From assembly GCA_963675495.1 (NCBI GenBank), contig OY776215.1, forward strand, positions 2,432,001 to 2,496,000: a stretch of 64,000 nucleotides of DNA, in the 5' to 3' direction. Made by a program: the position numbers and the translations under genes. Positions 51,927 through 62,834 of this stretch are shown here, in pieces; the stretch's first letter is position 1; each line of letters begins with the position of its first letter. Origin of the DNA: an uncultured Methanolobus sp. (GTDB lineage Archaea > Halobacteriota > Methanosarcinia > Methanosarcinales > Methanosarcinaceae). The notes under the pieces are model-generated. The model was given only the letters and a program-made list of their open reading frames with translations, was not told where the DNA came from and made no database searches.

Positions 51927-52225
51927 TGTTATTTGATCAGGTTAACAGGGAACTGGAACTTGCCCAGCGTCATCTTGAAGTTTTAAAAGTGGTTATTGAC
52001 CGTGGACCTATTGGCATACTCAAGCTTGCGGAAGAAACCGGAATGCCTACACACAAAGTACGTTATTCACTGCGTGTGCTTGAGCAGGGTCAGCTCATAA
52101 AGCCTTCATCTCATGGTGCCATTGCAGGTGATGCAGTGGAGACTTTCCTTTCTGAGTTTGAAAAGGATATTGATGAGCTGATCAGCATGGCAGAAGTGGT
52201 AAAAGATATTGGAAAATCCTTCTGA
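51926..52225 (+). CDS. Winged-HTH protein (predicted regulator)
   Basis: RHLEVL...GPIGILKLAEETG..HKVRYSLRVLE. Confidence 0.75.
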   Translation: MLFDQVNRELELAQRHLEVLKVVIDRGPIGILKLAEETGMPTHKVRYSLRVLEQGQLIKPSSHGAIAGDAVETFLSEFEKDIDELISMAEVVKDIGKSF

Positions 52226-52339
52226 CCATATATTTTAAATTCAGTTCTAATAATTCATTCTACTATGCTTACAATACAAGGGATTACGGAAATTTCCAAT
52301 CCCACTATTACTTTGATCTGATTTTTTCGGAGATCTATA

Positions 52340-54049
52340 ATGACTTTAACTGATGATGATAAAAAAACTATAGAGAAGTATGCACTCCAGAATGCTGTGA
52401 AATATGGTCAAGCTCCACAAATTGGTGCTGTTATGGGTCGTGTCATGGGTGAGTGTCCTCAGCTTCGTTCCAAGGCCAAGGATGTTACTCCGCTCATACA
52501 GGAGATTCTTGTGGAAGTTGCAAAGGAAACACCAGAGCAATGGCAGGCTCGACTTGAGACAATTGCTCCTGAACTTATCGAGGAATTGAATACTAAAAAA
52601 GAACCTGATAAGGGTTTAAAGGCATTGGATGTTGAAGAGGGGCAGCAGGTTGTAATGCGTTTTGCGCCAAACCCTAATGGTCCGCCAACCCTTGGAAGTA
52701 CTCGTGGTATCGTTGTGAATTCCGAGTATGTAAAAAAGTACGGTGGCAAGTTCATCATACGTTTTGATGACACCGACCCTCAGACAAAGCGTCCCATGCT
52801 TGAAGCATACGACTGGTATGTGGATGACTGTAAATGGCTCGGTGCTAACCCTGACGAGATAGTCATTGCTTCTGACAGGGTGTCTGTCTATTATGATTAT
52901 GCCCGCAAGCTCATAGAAATGGGACATGCATATGTCTGTTTCTGTGATGGTGGGGATTTTAAGAAATTCAAGGATGCAAAGGAGCCCTGTCCACACAGGA
53001 ATGCAAGTCCTGAGGAAAATATGGGACATTGGGATAAGATGGTCGCAGGTGAATATGAGGAGAGATATGCTGTCCTGCGTATCAAAACCGATATCACTCA
53101 TAAGGACCCGGCACTTCGTGATTTTGGTGCATTTAGGATTGTAAAGACCCCACACCCTCGTCCGGAAGTTGGGGATAAATACTGTGTCTGGCCATTACTT
53201 GACTTCGAGGGTGCCATTGAGGACCATGAACTCGGTATGACTCACATCATCAGGGGTAAGGATCTGATGGACAGTGAAAAACGCCAGACATACATCTACA
53301 ATTACCTTGGCTGGACCTATCCGAAAACAACTCACTGGGGTCGTGTGAAGATGCACGAGTTCGGTAAGTTTAGTACCAGTGGACTTCGACAGGCTATAGA
53401 GGATGGTGAGTATTCCGGGTGGGATGACCCTCGTCTGCCAACCTTACGTGCACTGCGCAGGAGGGGTATTCTGCCCGAAGCTATCCGTAAGTTCATGATC
53501 GATATGGGTGTTGGTGAGACTGATATCAGCCTCAGTATGGACACACTCTATGCAGAGAACCGTAAGATAATTGACCCGATAGCTAACAGGTATTTCTTCG
53601 TATGGGATCCGGTCGAGCTTGAGATTGCTAATGCAGAGCCCTGCACAGTGACTCCTGCACTTCATCCAACAGAAGACAGGGGTACTCGCAGTATAGATGT
53701 CGGTTCAAAGATATACGTATGTAATGATGATGCCGATAAGTTTGAAGTGGGTTCAAAGTTGAGGCTCAAAGACCTCTATAATGTAGAGATAACATCTATG
53801 GAACCACTTCAGGTTCGCTACATTGATGATTCCATGGAGACAGCCAAAAAAGAAAAGATGAGAATAATCCACTGGGCTCCAATGGATGGGGCTTCTGTGA
53901 GGGTGCTCTCACCAGATGGCGAGTTCACTGGGATTGGTGAAAGGCAGGTCGCTACAGAGCTGGACAAGGTTGTACAGTTTGAAAGATTTGGTTTCTGCAG
54001 GATAGATGCCGTGGCAGGAGAAGTGGTGGCTTATTATACACATAAGTAA
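52340..54049 (+). CDS. gltX: Glutamate--tRNA ligase
   Basis: RFAPNPNGP, RFDDTDP, THIIRGKD, FSTS, QFERFGF. Confidence 0.97.
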   Translation: MTLTDDDKKTIEKYALQNAVKYGQAPQIGAVMGRVMGECPQLRSKAKDVTPLIQEILVEVAKETPEQWQARLETIAPELIEELNTKKEPDKGLKALDVEEGQQVVMRFAPNPNGPPTLGSTRGIVVNSEYVKKYGGKFIIRFDDTDPQTKRPMLEAYDWYVDDCKWLGANPDEIVIASDRVSVYYDYARKLIEMGHAYVCFCDGGDFKKFKDAKEPCPHRNASPEENMGHWDKMVAGEYEERYAVLRIKTDITHKDPALRDFGAFRIVKTPHPRPEVGDKYCVWPLLDFEGAIEDHELGMTHIIRGKDLMDSEKRQTYIYNYLGWTYPKTTHWGRVKMHEFGKFSTSGLRQAIEDGEYSGWDDPRLPTLRALRRRGILPEAIRKFMIDMGVGETDISLSMDTLYAENRKIIDPIANRYFFVWDPVELEIANAEPCTVTPALHPTEDRGTRSIDVGSKIYVCNDDADKFEVGSKLRLKDLYNVEITSMEPLQVRYIDDSMETAKKEKMRIIHWAPMDGASVRVLSPDGEFTGIGERQVATELDKVVQFERFGFCRIDAVAGEVVAYYTHK

Positions 54050-54050
54050 C

Positions 54051-54081
54051 AAGGGAATTTTTAGATATTCCCTTTCTTTTT
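54051..54081 (+). terminator. Terminator after gltX
   Basis: AAGGGAAT...ATTCCCTT followed by a T tract. Confidence 0.6.
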
Positions 54082-54151
54082 ATTCCATAAGTTAAATCCA
54101 AAAACTCTTTTTTGTTGCTTATTGTATTAACATACTATTGAGGTCTTTCGA

Positions 54152-55099
54152 ATGCCCAAATTCCCACGTCCTATCATTGTGATCAGCAAGTGTCTTGGAT
54201 TTGCAGCCTGTCGCTATGACGGAGAAATGCTACCATTCCAAATAGCTGAATCCATGAAACCTTTTGTTGACTTCATTGATGTCTGCCCGGAGTGTGAAAT
54301 TGGTCTGGGTGTTCCACGCAAGCCTATTCGTATAGTTTCCAATGACAAGAAACGTCTTATACAGCCAGCTACCGGAAAGGATCTCACTGATGAGATGGTG
54401 ACTTTTGCACGATCCTATCTTGGAAAATTGGATGATTTTGATGGTTTCATTCTGAAATCGAAGTCACCTTCATGTGGAATTGGGACAACTAAAGTTTTCC
54501 CCGATTCAGATAGTAAAGAATACTTGCATAACCAGGAAAATGGTTTTTTTGTGGATGCAATATTAAGAGATTATCCATACCTGCCTGTTATTGATGAAGT
54601 ACGAACAGACGACTATCTTCTAAGGGATCATTTCCTAACCCGGGTATTCACAATGGCATCTTTCAGGGAAATATCATCTTCCACAAAGCTGCATGCATTG
54701 GTTGAGTATCATACAAGGAACAAACTTCTGTTCATGGCATACGATAAGCAACTTATGACTGGCATGGGTAATCTTGTTGCAAATAAAGATAATCTTCCGG
54801 TTGAGCAGGTTTATGAAAAATACCTATCCTTTTTGCTGCAGGTCCTTTCAAAACCAGCTGAAACAGGTCCTGTTGTCAATTCTATGATGCATGCATTCGG
54901 CTATTTTTCACGGAACCTCAGTACCAGGGATAAATTCATCTTCATGCAGAAATTACAAAATTATCGTGAAGACAATTCTTCAGTTTTTCAATTGAAAAAG
55001 TGGTTCCTATCTAAAGCAGAAGAGTTTAATGCGGACTATCTTTTAAAGCAAACATTTTTCCATCCTTATCCTCAGGAACTGTCTGCTGTTTTCAGGTAG
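54152..55099 (+). CDS. DUF523 (thiouracil desulfidase-like)-DUF1722 protein
   Basis: SKCLG..CRYDG, CPECEIGLGVPR, KSPSCG, HAFGYF. Confidence 0.88.
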   Translation: MPKFPRPIIVISKCLGFAACRYDGEMLPFQIAESMKPFVDFIDVCPECEIGLGVPRKPIRIVSNDKKRLIQPATGKDLTDEMVTFARSYLGKLDDFDGFILKSKSPSCGIGTTKVFPDSDSKEYLHNQENGFFVDAILRDYPYLPVIDEVRTDDYLLRDHFLTRVFTMASFREISSSTKLHALVEYHTRNKLLFMAYDKQLMTGMGNLVANKDNLPVEQVYEKYLSFLLQVLSKPAETGPVVNSMMHAFGYFSRNLSTRDKFIFMQKLQNYREDNSSVFQLKKWFLSKAEEFNADYLLKQTFFHPYPQELSAVFR

Positions 55100-55176
55100 T
55101 TTGATATGTTTTAAAAATCCATATTATATTATCGGCACAGTGTTCGTCAGGGGTAAACACCAGGGAGGATTTTATC

Positions 55177-55419
55177 GTGGAAGATGATGGTATCGAATCA
55201 ATTGACATTAAAGATTCTGATAAGAACGAAGAAGAAAAACTCATAGAAGTGTGTCCTGTATGTGGCAGTCCGGATCTTTATTACGAGACCGGGGGGATTG
55301 AAGGTCTGTATCATTGTAAATACTGCGGTTACATTGGCGGATTTGTTATTGATGCCAACGAGAAAATGATGGCTCTTATACGTGATGAATACGAGCGTAA
55401 GCTAAGGATATCTGAATAA
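55177..55419 (+). CDS. Small zinc-ribbon protein
   Basis: CPVCGS...YHCKYCGY; RBS GGGAGG. Confidence 0.75.
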   Translation: MEDDGIESIDIKDSDKNEEEKLIEVCPVCGSPDLYYETGGIEGLYHCKYCGYIGGFVIDANEKMMALIRDEYERKLRISE

Positions 55420-55464
55420 ACTTCCAGCTCTTTTCCATGGCAAATACATAAAAAAGTAAAGATT

Positions 55465-55482
55465 AGGTGGTTAAAACCACCT
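55465..55482 (-). terminator. Terminator of rps3ae
   Basis: AGGTGGTT-AA-AACCACCT with T-rich run downstream on minus strand. Confidence 0.6.
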
Positions 55483-55492
55483 GAATATTAAT

Positions 55493-56083
55493 TTAAGCTG
55501 CTACAGGGACAGATTTTACTTCTGTCTTTCTGATCTCTACTCTTCTGAGAGGATAGATAGACTTTGCATTTCTGTAAATGTTTGCGGAAAGTTTGCCCAT
55601 GATAGCTTCTTCGATAAACTGCTCGTAGCCAAGTTCTGCTGCACGATCATTTACGATAGTGGTCATTACTTCTCTGATGCCTTTTATCTGGCTTGTTCTT
55701 GCTCTTTTGACTGTGAAGCATATAGGCTTCACTCTTACGACATATCCGTCCTTTGTTGTAACGTCGAGGTTTGCGTCAATTCTTGATGTCTGACGCTTTA
55801 CGATAGAGCGCAGGTAATCTGTAGTGATCTCGTGACCAAGGAATCTTGTACTTGCAATGTCACCATTGACATCGTTGATCTCGAGTCTGAGCTTTGTGTT
55901 GTGCTTTGTGAAATCGTTAGCAATTTCCCCAACAGTGGTCTCAACTACACGGCCAATGAGCTGCTCTGGTTCTTCTGCAGGTGTGACACCAATGTTTGCC
56001 CTGCTCATAAATTCCGGTGTTTCAACGTTGTACCATGTCTTAGACTTCCATTTGTCTAACTTTCTCTGCACTTTCCTTGCCAA
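55493..56083 (-). CDS. rps3ae: 30S ribosomal protein S3Ae (eS1)
   Basis: [36 protein letters not shown]. Confidence 0.96.
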   Translation of the reverse strand: MARKVQRKLDKWKSKTWYNVETPEFMSRANIGVTPAEEPEQLIGRVVETTVGEIANDFTKHNTKLRLEINDVNGDIASTRFLGHEITTDYLRSIVKRQTSRIDANLDVTTKDGYVVRVKPICFTVKRARTSQIKGIREVMTTIVNDRAAELGYEQFIEEAIMGKLSANIYRNAKSIYPLRRVEIRKTEVKSVPVAA

Positions 56084-56264
56084 ATAATTCCTCCGAATGA
56101 TTGTGATTTAATGATATATGCAATTCTAATGATATATTGTAATTGTTCAACTAGCGATCAGAATCTGATTCTGAAATAATGTATAAACTGATAAATTGGC
56201 TCTCTATACTATGCATGTCTCTATATAAAGAAATCGGTTACTGGTTTCATTAGAGAGTATGGGT

Positions 56265-56322
56265 AATTGTGAGTGACAAAAAGTATTTTATTAATAAATA
56301 CTTCTCTATGACATTCACAATT
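56265..56322. promoter_or_regulatory. Long imperfect dyad over the thiME promoter region
   Basis: AATTGTGAGTG..AAGTATTTTATT | AATAAATACTT..CATTCACAATT. Confidence 0.45.
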
Positions 56323-56375
56323 GGAAATCTACTATCAAGAAAATGCTTCTTGTGGCATAGAGGAGTCTATTATAT

Positions 56376-57161
56376 ATGAATCATCCACTACAGAAAATAA
56401 GGGAAACAAAACCGTTGGTGCATCACATCACTAACTGGGTAACTATCTACGACTGTGCTAACATGACAAGGGCATTCGGTGCTCTTCCCGTAATGGCTCA
56501 TGCTAAGGAAGAGTGTGCAGACATGACGGGTATCTCGTCAGCTCTTGTTCTTAATATCGGTACCCTTACAACCGATCTTATTGATGCTATGCTCATCTCT
56601 GCAACTGCTGCAAATGAAAAGAACATACCTGTGGTGCTTGATGCTGTAGGTGTTGGTGCCACAAAGTTCCGTGATGATATGGCAGCAAAGATACTTGATT
56701 CCGTTCGTATTGACATTATAAAAGGTAACTATTCGGAGATTGCAAAACTTGCAGGAGAAAATGCCCAGACAAGAGGCGTTGAAGCAACATCCATTGATGC
56801 TGATCCAAAGAAAGTTGCAAGGGAATTCGCAAATTCAAGGTCATGTGTTGTTGTGATGACTGGTAAGGAAGACATCATCAGTGATGGGAAAACTACCTAT
56901 GTTGTAAAGAACGGCCATGAGTCAATGGGTCTTATCGTAGGTACAGGTTGCATGGCTGCATCGGTAATTGGTTCATTTGCCGCGGTCAATGCAGATTATT
57001 GTGATGCTGCAAAGGATGCATTGTGTTATTTCGGGATTGCCGGGGAACTAGCAGCTCACCAGTCCGCAGGTCCGGGAACTTTCAAGATGTATTTCTACGA
57101 TGAAGTATTCAATCTTTCAGACGAAAAAGTGCAGCCTATGATGAATGTTGAAGAATGCTGA
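56376..57161 (+). CDS. thiM: Hydroxyethylthiazole kinase
   Basis: [37 protein letters not shown]. Confidence 0.95.
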   Translation: MNHPLQKIRETKPLVHHITNWVTIYDCANMTRAFGALPVMAHAKEECADMTGISSALVLNIGTLTTDLIDAMLISATAANEKNIPVVLDAVGVGATKFRDDMAAKILDSVRIDIIKGNYSEIAKLAGENAQTRGVEATSIDADPKKVAREFANSRSCVVVMTGKEDIISDGKTTYVVKNGHESMGLIVGTGCMAASVIGSFAAVNADYCDAAKDALCYFGIAGELAAHQSAGPGTFKMYFYDEVFNLSDEKVQPMMNVEEC

Positions 57162-57167
57162 GTTGAC

Positions 57168-57821
57168 ATGGAACACAAAAGATCATTGCTGGACCTTATG
57201 GACTTCTATCTTGTAACTGATTCAGGCCTGTCCGTAAAGGGAACCCTGTCAGATGTAGAAAATGCGGTTGCTGCAGGATGCAGGATCGTCCAGTACAGAG
57301 AAAAGACCATAAGCACAAAGGATATGGTCATTGAAGCGGCACAGATCAAAATTCTATGTGGCAGTGAGGCGATATTCCTTGTGAATGACAGGGTTGATGT
57401 TGCACTCGCCGTTGATGCAGATGGTGTTCATATCGGCCAGGATGATATGCCCATCGACACTGCCAGAGAGCTTCTGGGGAAGGATAAGATTATCGGTCTC
57501 ACTGTCCATAATGTAAAGGAAGCCCTTGAGGCTGAACAAAGTGGTGCTGATTACGTGGGCCTGAGCCCAATTTTTGATACATCCACCAAGAAAGATGCTG
57601 GGAATGGCATTGGTCCTGAAAGTATCAAGGCCGTTAAGGATGCAATAAAGATACCAGTTGTTGCAATCGGTGGCATCAATAAACAGAACACCGAAAGTGT
57701 CATTATAGGCGGTGCTGACAGTCTGGTGGCCATCTCCGCGATTGTATGTAGTGATGATGTTACAAGGGAAACAAAGGACTTCATTGATCTTATAAGACTG
57801 ACAAAGGGACAAGGCCAGTAA
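57168..57821 (+). CDS. thiE: Thiamine-phosphate synthase
   Basis: [28 protein letters not shown]. Confidence 0.95.
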   Translation: MEHKRSLLDLMDFYLVTDSGLSVKGTLSDVENAVAAGCRIVQYREKTISTKDMVIEAAQIKILCGSEAIFLVNDRVDVALAVDADGVHIGQDDMPIDTARELLGKDKIIGLTVHNVKEALEAEQSGADYVGLSPIFDTSTKKDAGNGIGPESIKAVKDAIKIPVVAIGGINKQNTESVIIGGADSLVAISAIVCSDDVTRETKDFIDLIRLTKGQGQ

Positions 57822-57859
57822 ACAAAAACTGTATTGCTACTCAAAAAATGAAATGGATG

Positions 57860-57883
57860 TTGATGGGACATTATTCCCATCAA
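57860..57883. terminator. Hairpin between convergent thiE and serS
   Basis: TTGATGGGA-CATTAT-TCCCATCAA. Confidence 0.65.
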
Positions 57884-57893
57884 AAACAAAATA

Positions 57894-59465
57894 TCAGAGG
57901 AATTTGATTCCTTCTGGAATCTTTCCTGCTCTTTTCCTGAATTCCTCAGGCCAGTTCTCAGGGTCCAGTCCTTTCTGTGCAAAGAACGCGGAAGCCCATC
58001 TTTCCAGTCCAACACCGGAACATCCGGACCAGAGTTCTTCACCAGACTGGCATTTGACATTGAATCCAGACGGGTACTTGTTGCCGTTCACACTGACATT
58101 CTGGAATTCCAGCCATTCACCATCTTCGCCACGGTAAGGCAGGACTGCTTCATAATCGGTTGTACCAGCTTCGGTCTGTTCGGAAACTCCGGTAAGGCCT
58201 TCCTGTGCCATGAACCAAGGTGTGACCCATGCTTTTCTCCATTCAAGGTCCAGTATTTCATTGAATATGTGCATGTATCTTTCGTGTAACTCGTTAGCAG
58301 TCTTAATAACCTGCTCTTTGTTTCCGACCCAGAGAATTTCTATTCTGTGGAACTCATCCACACGTTCCATGCCGTGAATTCCACCACTCTCATACCTGTG
58401 TGAAGTTCCTGACCTGTCAAATACCTTTATAGGGAATTCGTCGGTTGGTACTGTTTCACCCTGCAGGTATGTCCAGAAAGGAGGACACTGTGCATAGCAC
58501 ATTCCACCGATAGGGTCACCAATTTTCTCTTTTATAAGGGACGTAGGGACCTCAAGGGTCACTTTATAGTGGTCAATGACCTCTTCCCAGAATTCCGGGT
58601 CTCTGGTCTTAGGTGGGCACACGTAATAAATTTCAGGATAAACACCTTTTGCATGTCCTGATTTCTGCCATACTTCCCAGGGCACAAGTTTTGGGAAGAT
58701 CATTTCACTGTACTCAAGAGGTTCCAGCAGTTCGTCAAGCACTATCTTCTCAAAGGTCCTGAACATTTTTGTGGACTGGGGGCCATGTATCCATTGTCCT
58801 CTGCTGGCTCCTCTTTTGAGCCATCCGGCTTCTACCATTGCTTTTGTCGGGTCTTCAGTGAAAACGTGTTCCTTTTTTTCACTTTGCCAGAGTACATTCC
58901 AGTGTTCTGTCTTTCCGCCGTATGTCTGTTGTTCCAGTTTGTCTTCCATCAGGGAAAGTATCCTGTCAGGCACACGGTTTGACATTGCAGCCTCATTAAC
59001 ATCAAGTACAAGTTTGATGTTCCCGTTCTCATAGCTCATCTCTGTGACATAGGGGATCTTCATCTGGGGAAGTTCCTTTTCAGATGGCACTTCAATGGTG
59101 TATGACTTGACCTCGATTCCACGTATACCGATCTTGAACTCTTTTCCAAGCTTAGCTGCGAGGGGCTTTTTCATACGAAGCAATGCATCATGGACACGTA
59201 CATGCCTGCCGGACTGGATGGTAAGATTGATCCTGTCTCCATCTACACTATGTTCTGTTACCTTTGCTCCCTGTCCTTCAGGTGCACCTTTGGTGAGTAC
59301 GGTCTGATTAGCTTCATCAATATATGCGTTAACAACGTCCACAGCTTTTGTTGCATCAGCACTTGTCTTAAGTGAACACTCCAGCCTGAATTTGAAATTG
59401 ATTACAGCTCCGACACCATCAGTTTTGTCTGCTGGACAGCATTCATCTCTTTTCTTTGCTTCCAT
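57894..59465 (-). CDS. serS: Methanogen-type (type 2) seryl-tRNA synthetase
   Basis: [50 protein letters not shown]. Confidence 0.95.
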   Translation of the reverse strand: MEAKKRDECCPADKTDGVGAVINFKFRLECSLKTSADATKAVDVVNAYIDEANQTVLTKGAPEGQGAKVTEHSVDGDRINLTIQSGRHVRVHDALLRMKKPLAAKLGKEFKIGIRGIEVKSYTIEVPSEKELPQMKIPYVTEMSYENGNIKLVLDVNEAAMSNRVPDRILSLMEDKLEQQTYGGKTEHWNVLWQSEKKEHVFTEDPTKAMVEAGWLKRGASRGQWIHGPQSTKMFRTFEKIVLDELLEPLEYSEMIFPKLVPWEVWQKSGHAKGVYPEIYYVCPPKTRDPEFWEEVIDHYKVTLEVPTSLIKEKIGDPIGGMCYAQCPPFWTYLQGETVPTDEFPIKVFDRSGTSHRYESGGIHGMERVDEFHRIEILWVGNKEQVIKTANELHERYMHIFNEILDLEWRKAWVTPWFMAQEGLTGVSEQTEAGTTDYEAVLPYRGEDGEWLEFQNVSVNGNKYPSGFNVKCQSGEELWSGCSGVGLERWASAFFAQKGLDPENWPEEFRKRAGKIPEGIKFL

Positions 59466-59670
59466 TATGATTCCATTCCTTTTTGTAATTTTGGTAATTT
59501 AGTGGCGATAAGTAAGTTATGATGCCTGATTTCCACAAATATTTATCTGTGTCTGCTTACTTTATGCATGATGTATCTTTTGCTAATTAAGAGCTTCTCT
59601 TTATTGGTTGCCATCCAAGAGTTATTCTTTTAACGGAAAAAAACATCTAAGTCAGAAACGAGGGTATTAT

Positions 59671-60600
59671 ATGAATGTTCTAATATTAGGCGCTGGAGCG
59701 GTAGGTCTTTCCCTTGCCGCAAAACTTTCCTCAGTTTGCAATGTGCACGCGGTCTGCCGCCAGAAGCATGCTGACAAAATAAAGTCTGATGGTTTCAGAA
59801 TGACTGGAATGTGGGGTGATGCTACATACACTTTCAGCTGCTCGGAAGATGTCCCGGATACTAATTATGATTATATTTTCATCACTTCGAAATCAACCTC
59901 TACCAAAGCCATATGTGAGCAGTTCTCTGACGTTATCAAAGGTAAGGAAATCATAAGCATGCAGAACGGCCTGGGTAACGAGGAAATAATTGCCAGATAC
60001 ACCGATAAAGTAATCGGTGGCACCATTATCACTGGATTTGAATGGGCAGGCGATGCAAAGATTCATGTTTCTGTGGAAACAGGTCCCATGAACCTTGGCA
60101 GGTTCCCATCAGGTCTTGATGGATCTGTATTGGAGCTGGTTAAGCTCGTAAAAAGTGCAGGTATTCAGGTTACTGAGACAGAGAACATAATGAGTTCCGT
60201 CTGGTCCAAGGTCCTTTACAACTCAGCCCTTAACCCACTTGGTGCAGTCATGGGTGTTCCCTATGGTAAACTGGAAAACCCGCATGCATGGGATATCATC
60301 AAGAATATCGTAAATGAGGCCTTCATTGTCACAGAAGCTGAAGGAGTTGTCCTTCCATGGAAAACAGCGGAAGAATATCTAACATTCCTGCACGATTTCC
60401 AGCTCCCAAACACAGCAGGACACCATTCTTCGATGTTCCAGGACATCTCATCAGGAAGAAAGACCGAGATCGACTTTCTTAACGGTGCTATTGTTGCAAG
60501 GGCAAAGAAATTGGGTATTGATACACCCTATAACACTTTCATTTCAGAGCAGATACGCTTCATGGAAGCTTTGCAGGCAGAAAAACAATCACAGGTTTAG
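59671..60600 (+). CDS. panE: 2-dehydropantoate 2-reductase
   Basis: ILGAGAVG, QNGLG, WSKVLYN, SSMFQDI..GRKTEIDFLNG. Confidence 0.9.
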   Translation: MNVLILGAGAVGLSLAAKLSSVCNVHAVCRQKHADKIKSDGFRMTGMWGDATYTFSCSEDVPDTNYDYIFITSKSTSTKAICEQFSDVIKGKEIISMQNGLGNEEIIARYTDKVIGGTIITGFEWAGDAKIHVSVETGPMNLGRFPSGLDGSVLELVKLVKSAGIQVTETENIMSSVWSKVLYNSALNPLGAVMGVPYGKLENPHAWDIIKNIVNEAFIVTEAEGVVLPWKTAEEYLTFLHDFQLPNTAGHHSSMFQDISSGRKTEIDFLNGAIVARAKKLGIDTPYNTFISEQIRFMEALQAEKQSQV

Positions 60601-60643
60601 ATTATTTATTAGATCGATGTAACTATAGTTGGCAGGTGTGTAC

Positions 60644-61213
60644 ATGACAATCCGAAAAGTGAGTGAACTTGTAGATCAGGGATTTGAAGGCATCAAAAAA
60701 GAGATTATGGGATGCACTGACTGTCAGCTTCATGAAACGGTAACAAACAAAGTCATCAGTAAAGGTTCCCAAAATCCGAGGGTTGTTTTTGTTGGTGAGG
60801 CTCCCGGCAAGAATGAAGATGAAACTGGTATCCCCTTCTGCGGCAGAGCTGGCAAGAATCTTGATAGTATGGTAGCTTACATGGGGCTTTCCGAGAAGGA
60901 TTATGCAGTTATAAACACAATAAAATGCCGCCCTCCTAAAAATCGTAATCCTCTGAAAAGTGAGATAACTGCCTGCAAACCTTTCCTTCAGGCCCAGATA
61001 GAACTTCTTGACCCAAAAGTTATCATTCTGCTCGGGAACACTGCGGAAAAAGCCTTTTGCAACGGAGAGAAACTTGAATGGGGTGTTCCCAGAATTGTGG
61101 ATGGAAAGTATACTTTGCTGAAGATCTATCATCCAGCAGCGCTCATTTATCAGCGCTCAAGAATAGAAGAACAGAATGCTCTGATAGATAGCAACAGGAA
61201 TCTATGGGAATAA
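60644..61213 (+). CDS. Family 4 uracil-DNA glycosylase
   Basis: CTDCQL, GEAPG..ED, KCRPPKNR, YHPAA. Confidence 0.92.
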   Translation: MTIRKVSELVDQGFEGIKKEIMGCTDCQLHETVTNKVISKGSQNPRVVFVGEAPGKNEDETGIPFCGRAGKNLDSMVAYMGLSEKDYAVINTIKCRPPKNRNPLKSEITACKPFLQAQIELLDPKVIILLGNTAEKAFCNGEKLEWGVPRIVDGKYTLLKIYHPAALIYQRSRIEEQNALIDSNRNLWE

Positions 61214-61231
61214 AAAACTAGGTTTTGAATT

Positions 61232-61465
61232 TTATTCTTTAAGTTTTTCGGCTATCTCTTCTGCTATTTTTGCATTCATAAGGAGATCATCAACCGTAGC
61301 TATTAGCGAGTTTATCTTCTCAGTAGAGATATGGATGCACACACTATCATCCTTTACCTCAGTTCGCATGCTAGTCAGATTATCTGGAGCCAGAGAGTTC
61401 GCAATTCTCCCAGCTATCTGCATAGCTCCTTCATCTTTGAATTCGATGGTAGTACTTATCTTCAT
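61232..61465 (-). CDS. pcc1: KEOPS complex subunit Pcc1
   Basis: SLAPDN...SLIATVDDLLMN; translationally coupled to the DHH gene. Confidence 0.8.
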   Translation of the reverse strand: MKISTTIEFKDEGAMQIAGRIANSLAPDNLTSMRTEVKDDSVCIHISTEKINSLIATVDDLLMNAKIAEEIAEKLKE

Positions 61466-62802
61466 TCACTCTTCTCCGGTTTTGGGAGTTGCTCTGCAAC
61501 TATCTCATCGACTTTACTGATAAACTGTTCTGCCGTTCCCGGAGGTATAGAGGCACCGGATGCTACATTGTGTCCTCCGCCTTCACCACCGACCAGTTTA
61601 GCAGCCTCGCGAAGCGCAAATGACAGGTCAAGTCCTTTTTCTACAAGGGCACGGGTGCCTCTTGCGGAAACTTTCACAAGTTCTTCCACCTGGTTAACTG
61701 CAACGAAGGGCATTTCAGGATTGACATATCTGACGAAAGTACTTGCTATCAGGCCAGTGCCTTCCATATCTTCCCCTATCAAGTATCCAATGCTATTACC
61801 ATGCTGTACTATATCCAGGCCTTTTTTGATATTTTCCACAATAGATATCTGGTTGGATATTGCCATATCCGTTGCTTCTGCAAGGTGCGCATCATTCTTC
61901 ATACAGATGGAGATTCCCATGCCACCTTTTTCAGCCTTGCCACAGGTATTGAGTATTGCAACGAGGTCATAGACGTTGTGAACTAGCTCCTTGTTAAGGG
62001 TGTACACATCGCCGATGGCTGCATCGATGGCTTCAGGACTGGCATTCTTTGCCAGTTTGAGTGCAATGGCGGATGTAAGTTTTTTAGTCTGGTCTGGATC
62101 AAGGTCTTCAATATTTCCATGAAGCCCTAGAATATCAAGGAAATTTTCTATTTTCTCCCTATCACCAGTGATGTCGAGATAAGGTTCAGGTGTGTATTCA
62201 AGTACTTTTGCAAGGTCTCCGTCACCAATTCGAAGTCCTTTTTTAACGGATACAACTTCTGCGTTCACAGCCTCTTCCAGTATGTGGCCATTGATTGTGC
62301 TGAAAAGCTGTTTATCGCCCACAGCACCTGCAATTGCGAGTCCTGCAAGGTCTATGTTATCAGGTCCCATTTCCATCGCTACAAAGAAAGTTACTCCGGA
62401 TCCGGACACATGCATTGCTCCGTCAATTCCCACAATGTGTGGGTTTACAAGAACCTTGGCAGGTGTCTCTCCTACCGGTACGTGATGGTCAAGCACAATG
62501 ATCTCCTGCTTGATCTGAGAAATTATATCAGACTGACCGCTACCCATATCACAGAAAAGCACCAGGTCACCATCAGCAGCAGTAGTTTTTATCATTTCCA
62601 CTACGGCTTTATCAAGCCTTGGTACAATGGTAGTATGAAAGCGGATGTCCTTTCTCATGAGTGCCTGGCAGATTATTCCGGCAGACGTAAGGCCATCGGC
62701 GTCATTGTGTGAAATGACACGGACATGCTCATATTTCTCAATTACATCCGCTGCTTCTCTTGCCAGTTCCTTGAGTTTTTGCATCTCGATATTTAGTTTC
62801 AT
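61462..62802 (-). CDS. DHH/DHHA1 phosphoesterase (RecJ-like)
   Basis: HNDADG, DMGSG, LDHH, GAVGD, GGGHNVASG. Confidence 0.9.
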   Translation of the reverse strand: MKLNIEMQKLKELAREAADVIEKYEHVRVISHNDADGLTSAGIICQALMRKDIRFHTTIVPRLDKAVVEMIKTTAADGDLVLFCDMGSGQSDIISQIKQEIIVLDHHVPVGETPAKVLVNPHIVGIDGAMHVSGSGVTFFVAMEMGPDNIDLAGLAIAGAVGDKQLFSTINGHILEEAVNAEVVSVKKGLRIGDGDLAKVLEYTPEPYLDITGDREKIENFLDILGLHGNIEDLDPDQTKKLTSAIALKLAKNASPEAIDAAIGDVYTLNKELVHNVYDLVAILNTCGKAEKGGMGISICMKNDAHLAEATDMAISNQISIVENIKKGLDIVQHGNSIGYLIGEDMEGTGLIASTFVRYVNPEMPFVAVNQVEELVKVSARGTRALVEKGLDLSFALREAAKLVGGEGGGHNVASGASIPPGTAEQFISKVDEIVAEQLPKPEKSE

Positions 62803-62834
62803 CCGAACCTCCGGGATAAAGACAGCAATTTGTC

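Noticed and set aside
52280-52303. Hairpin GGGATT..GGAAATTTCC..AATCCC upstream of gltX as a regulatory RNA
   Set aside because: Short, no recognisable motif; may simply be a leader or terminator stem.
861-55120. Pyrrolysine read-through of TAG stops (checked at 861, 15142, 42315, 48564, 55099)
   Set aside because: In-frame continuations hit stops within about 20 codons or show no protein-like homology.
56230-56375. TPP riboswitch upstream of thiM
   Set aside because: The conserved CTGAGA core and GC-rich stems are absent.
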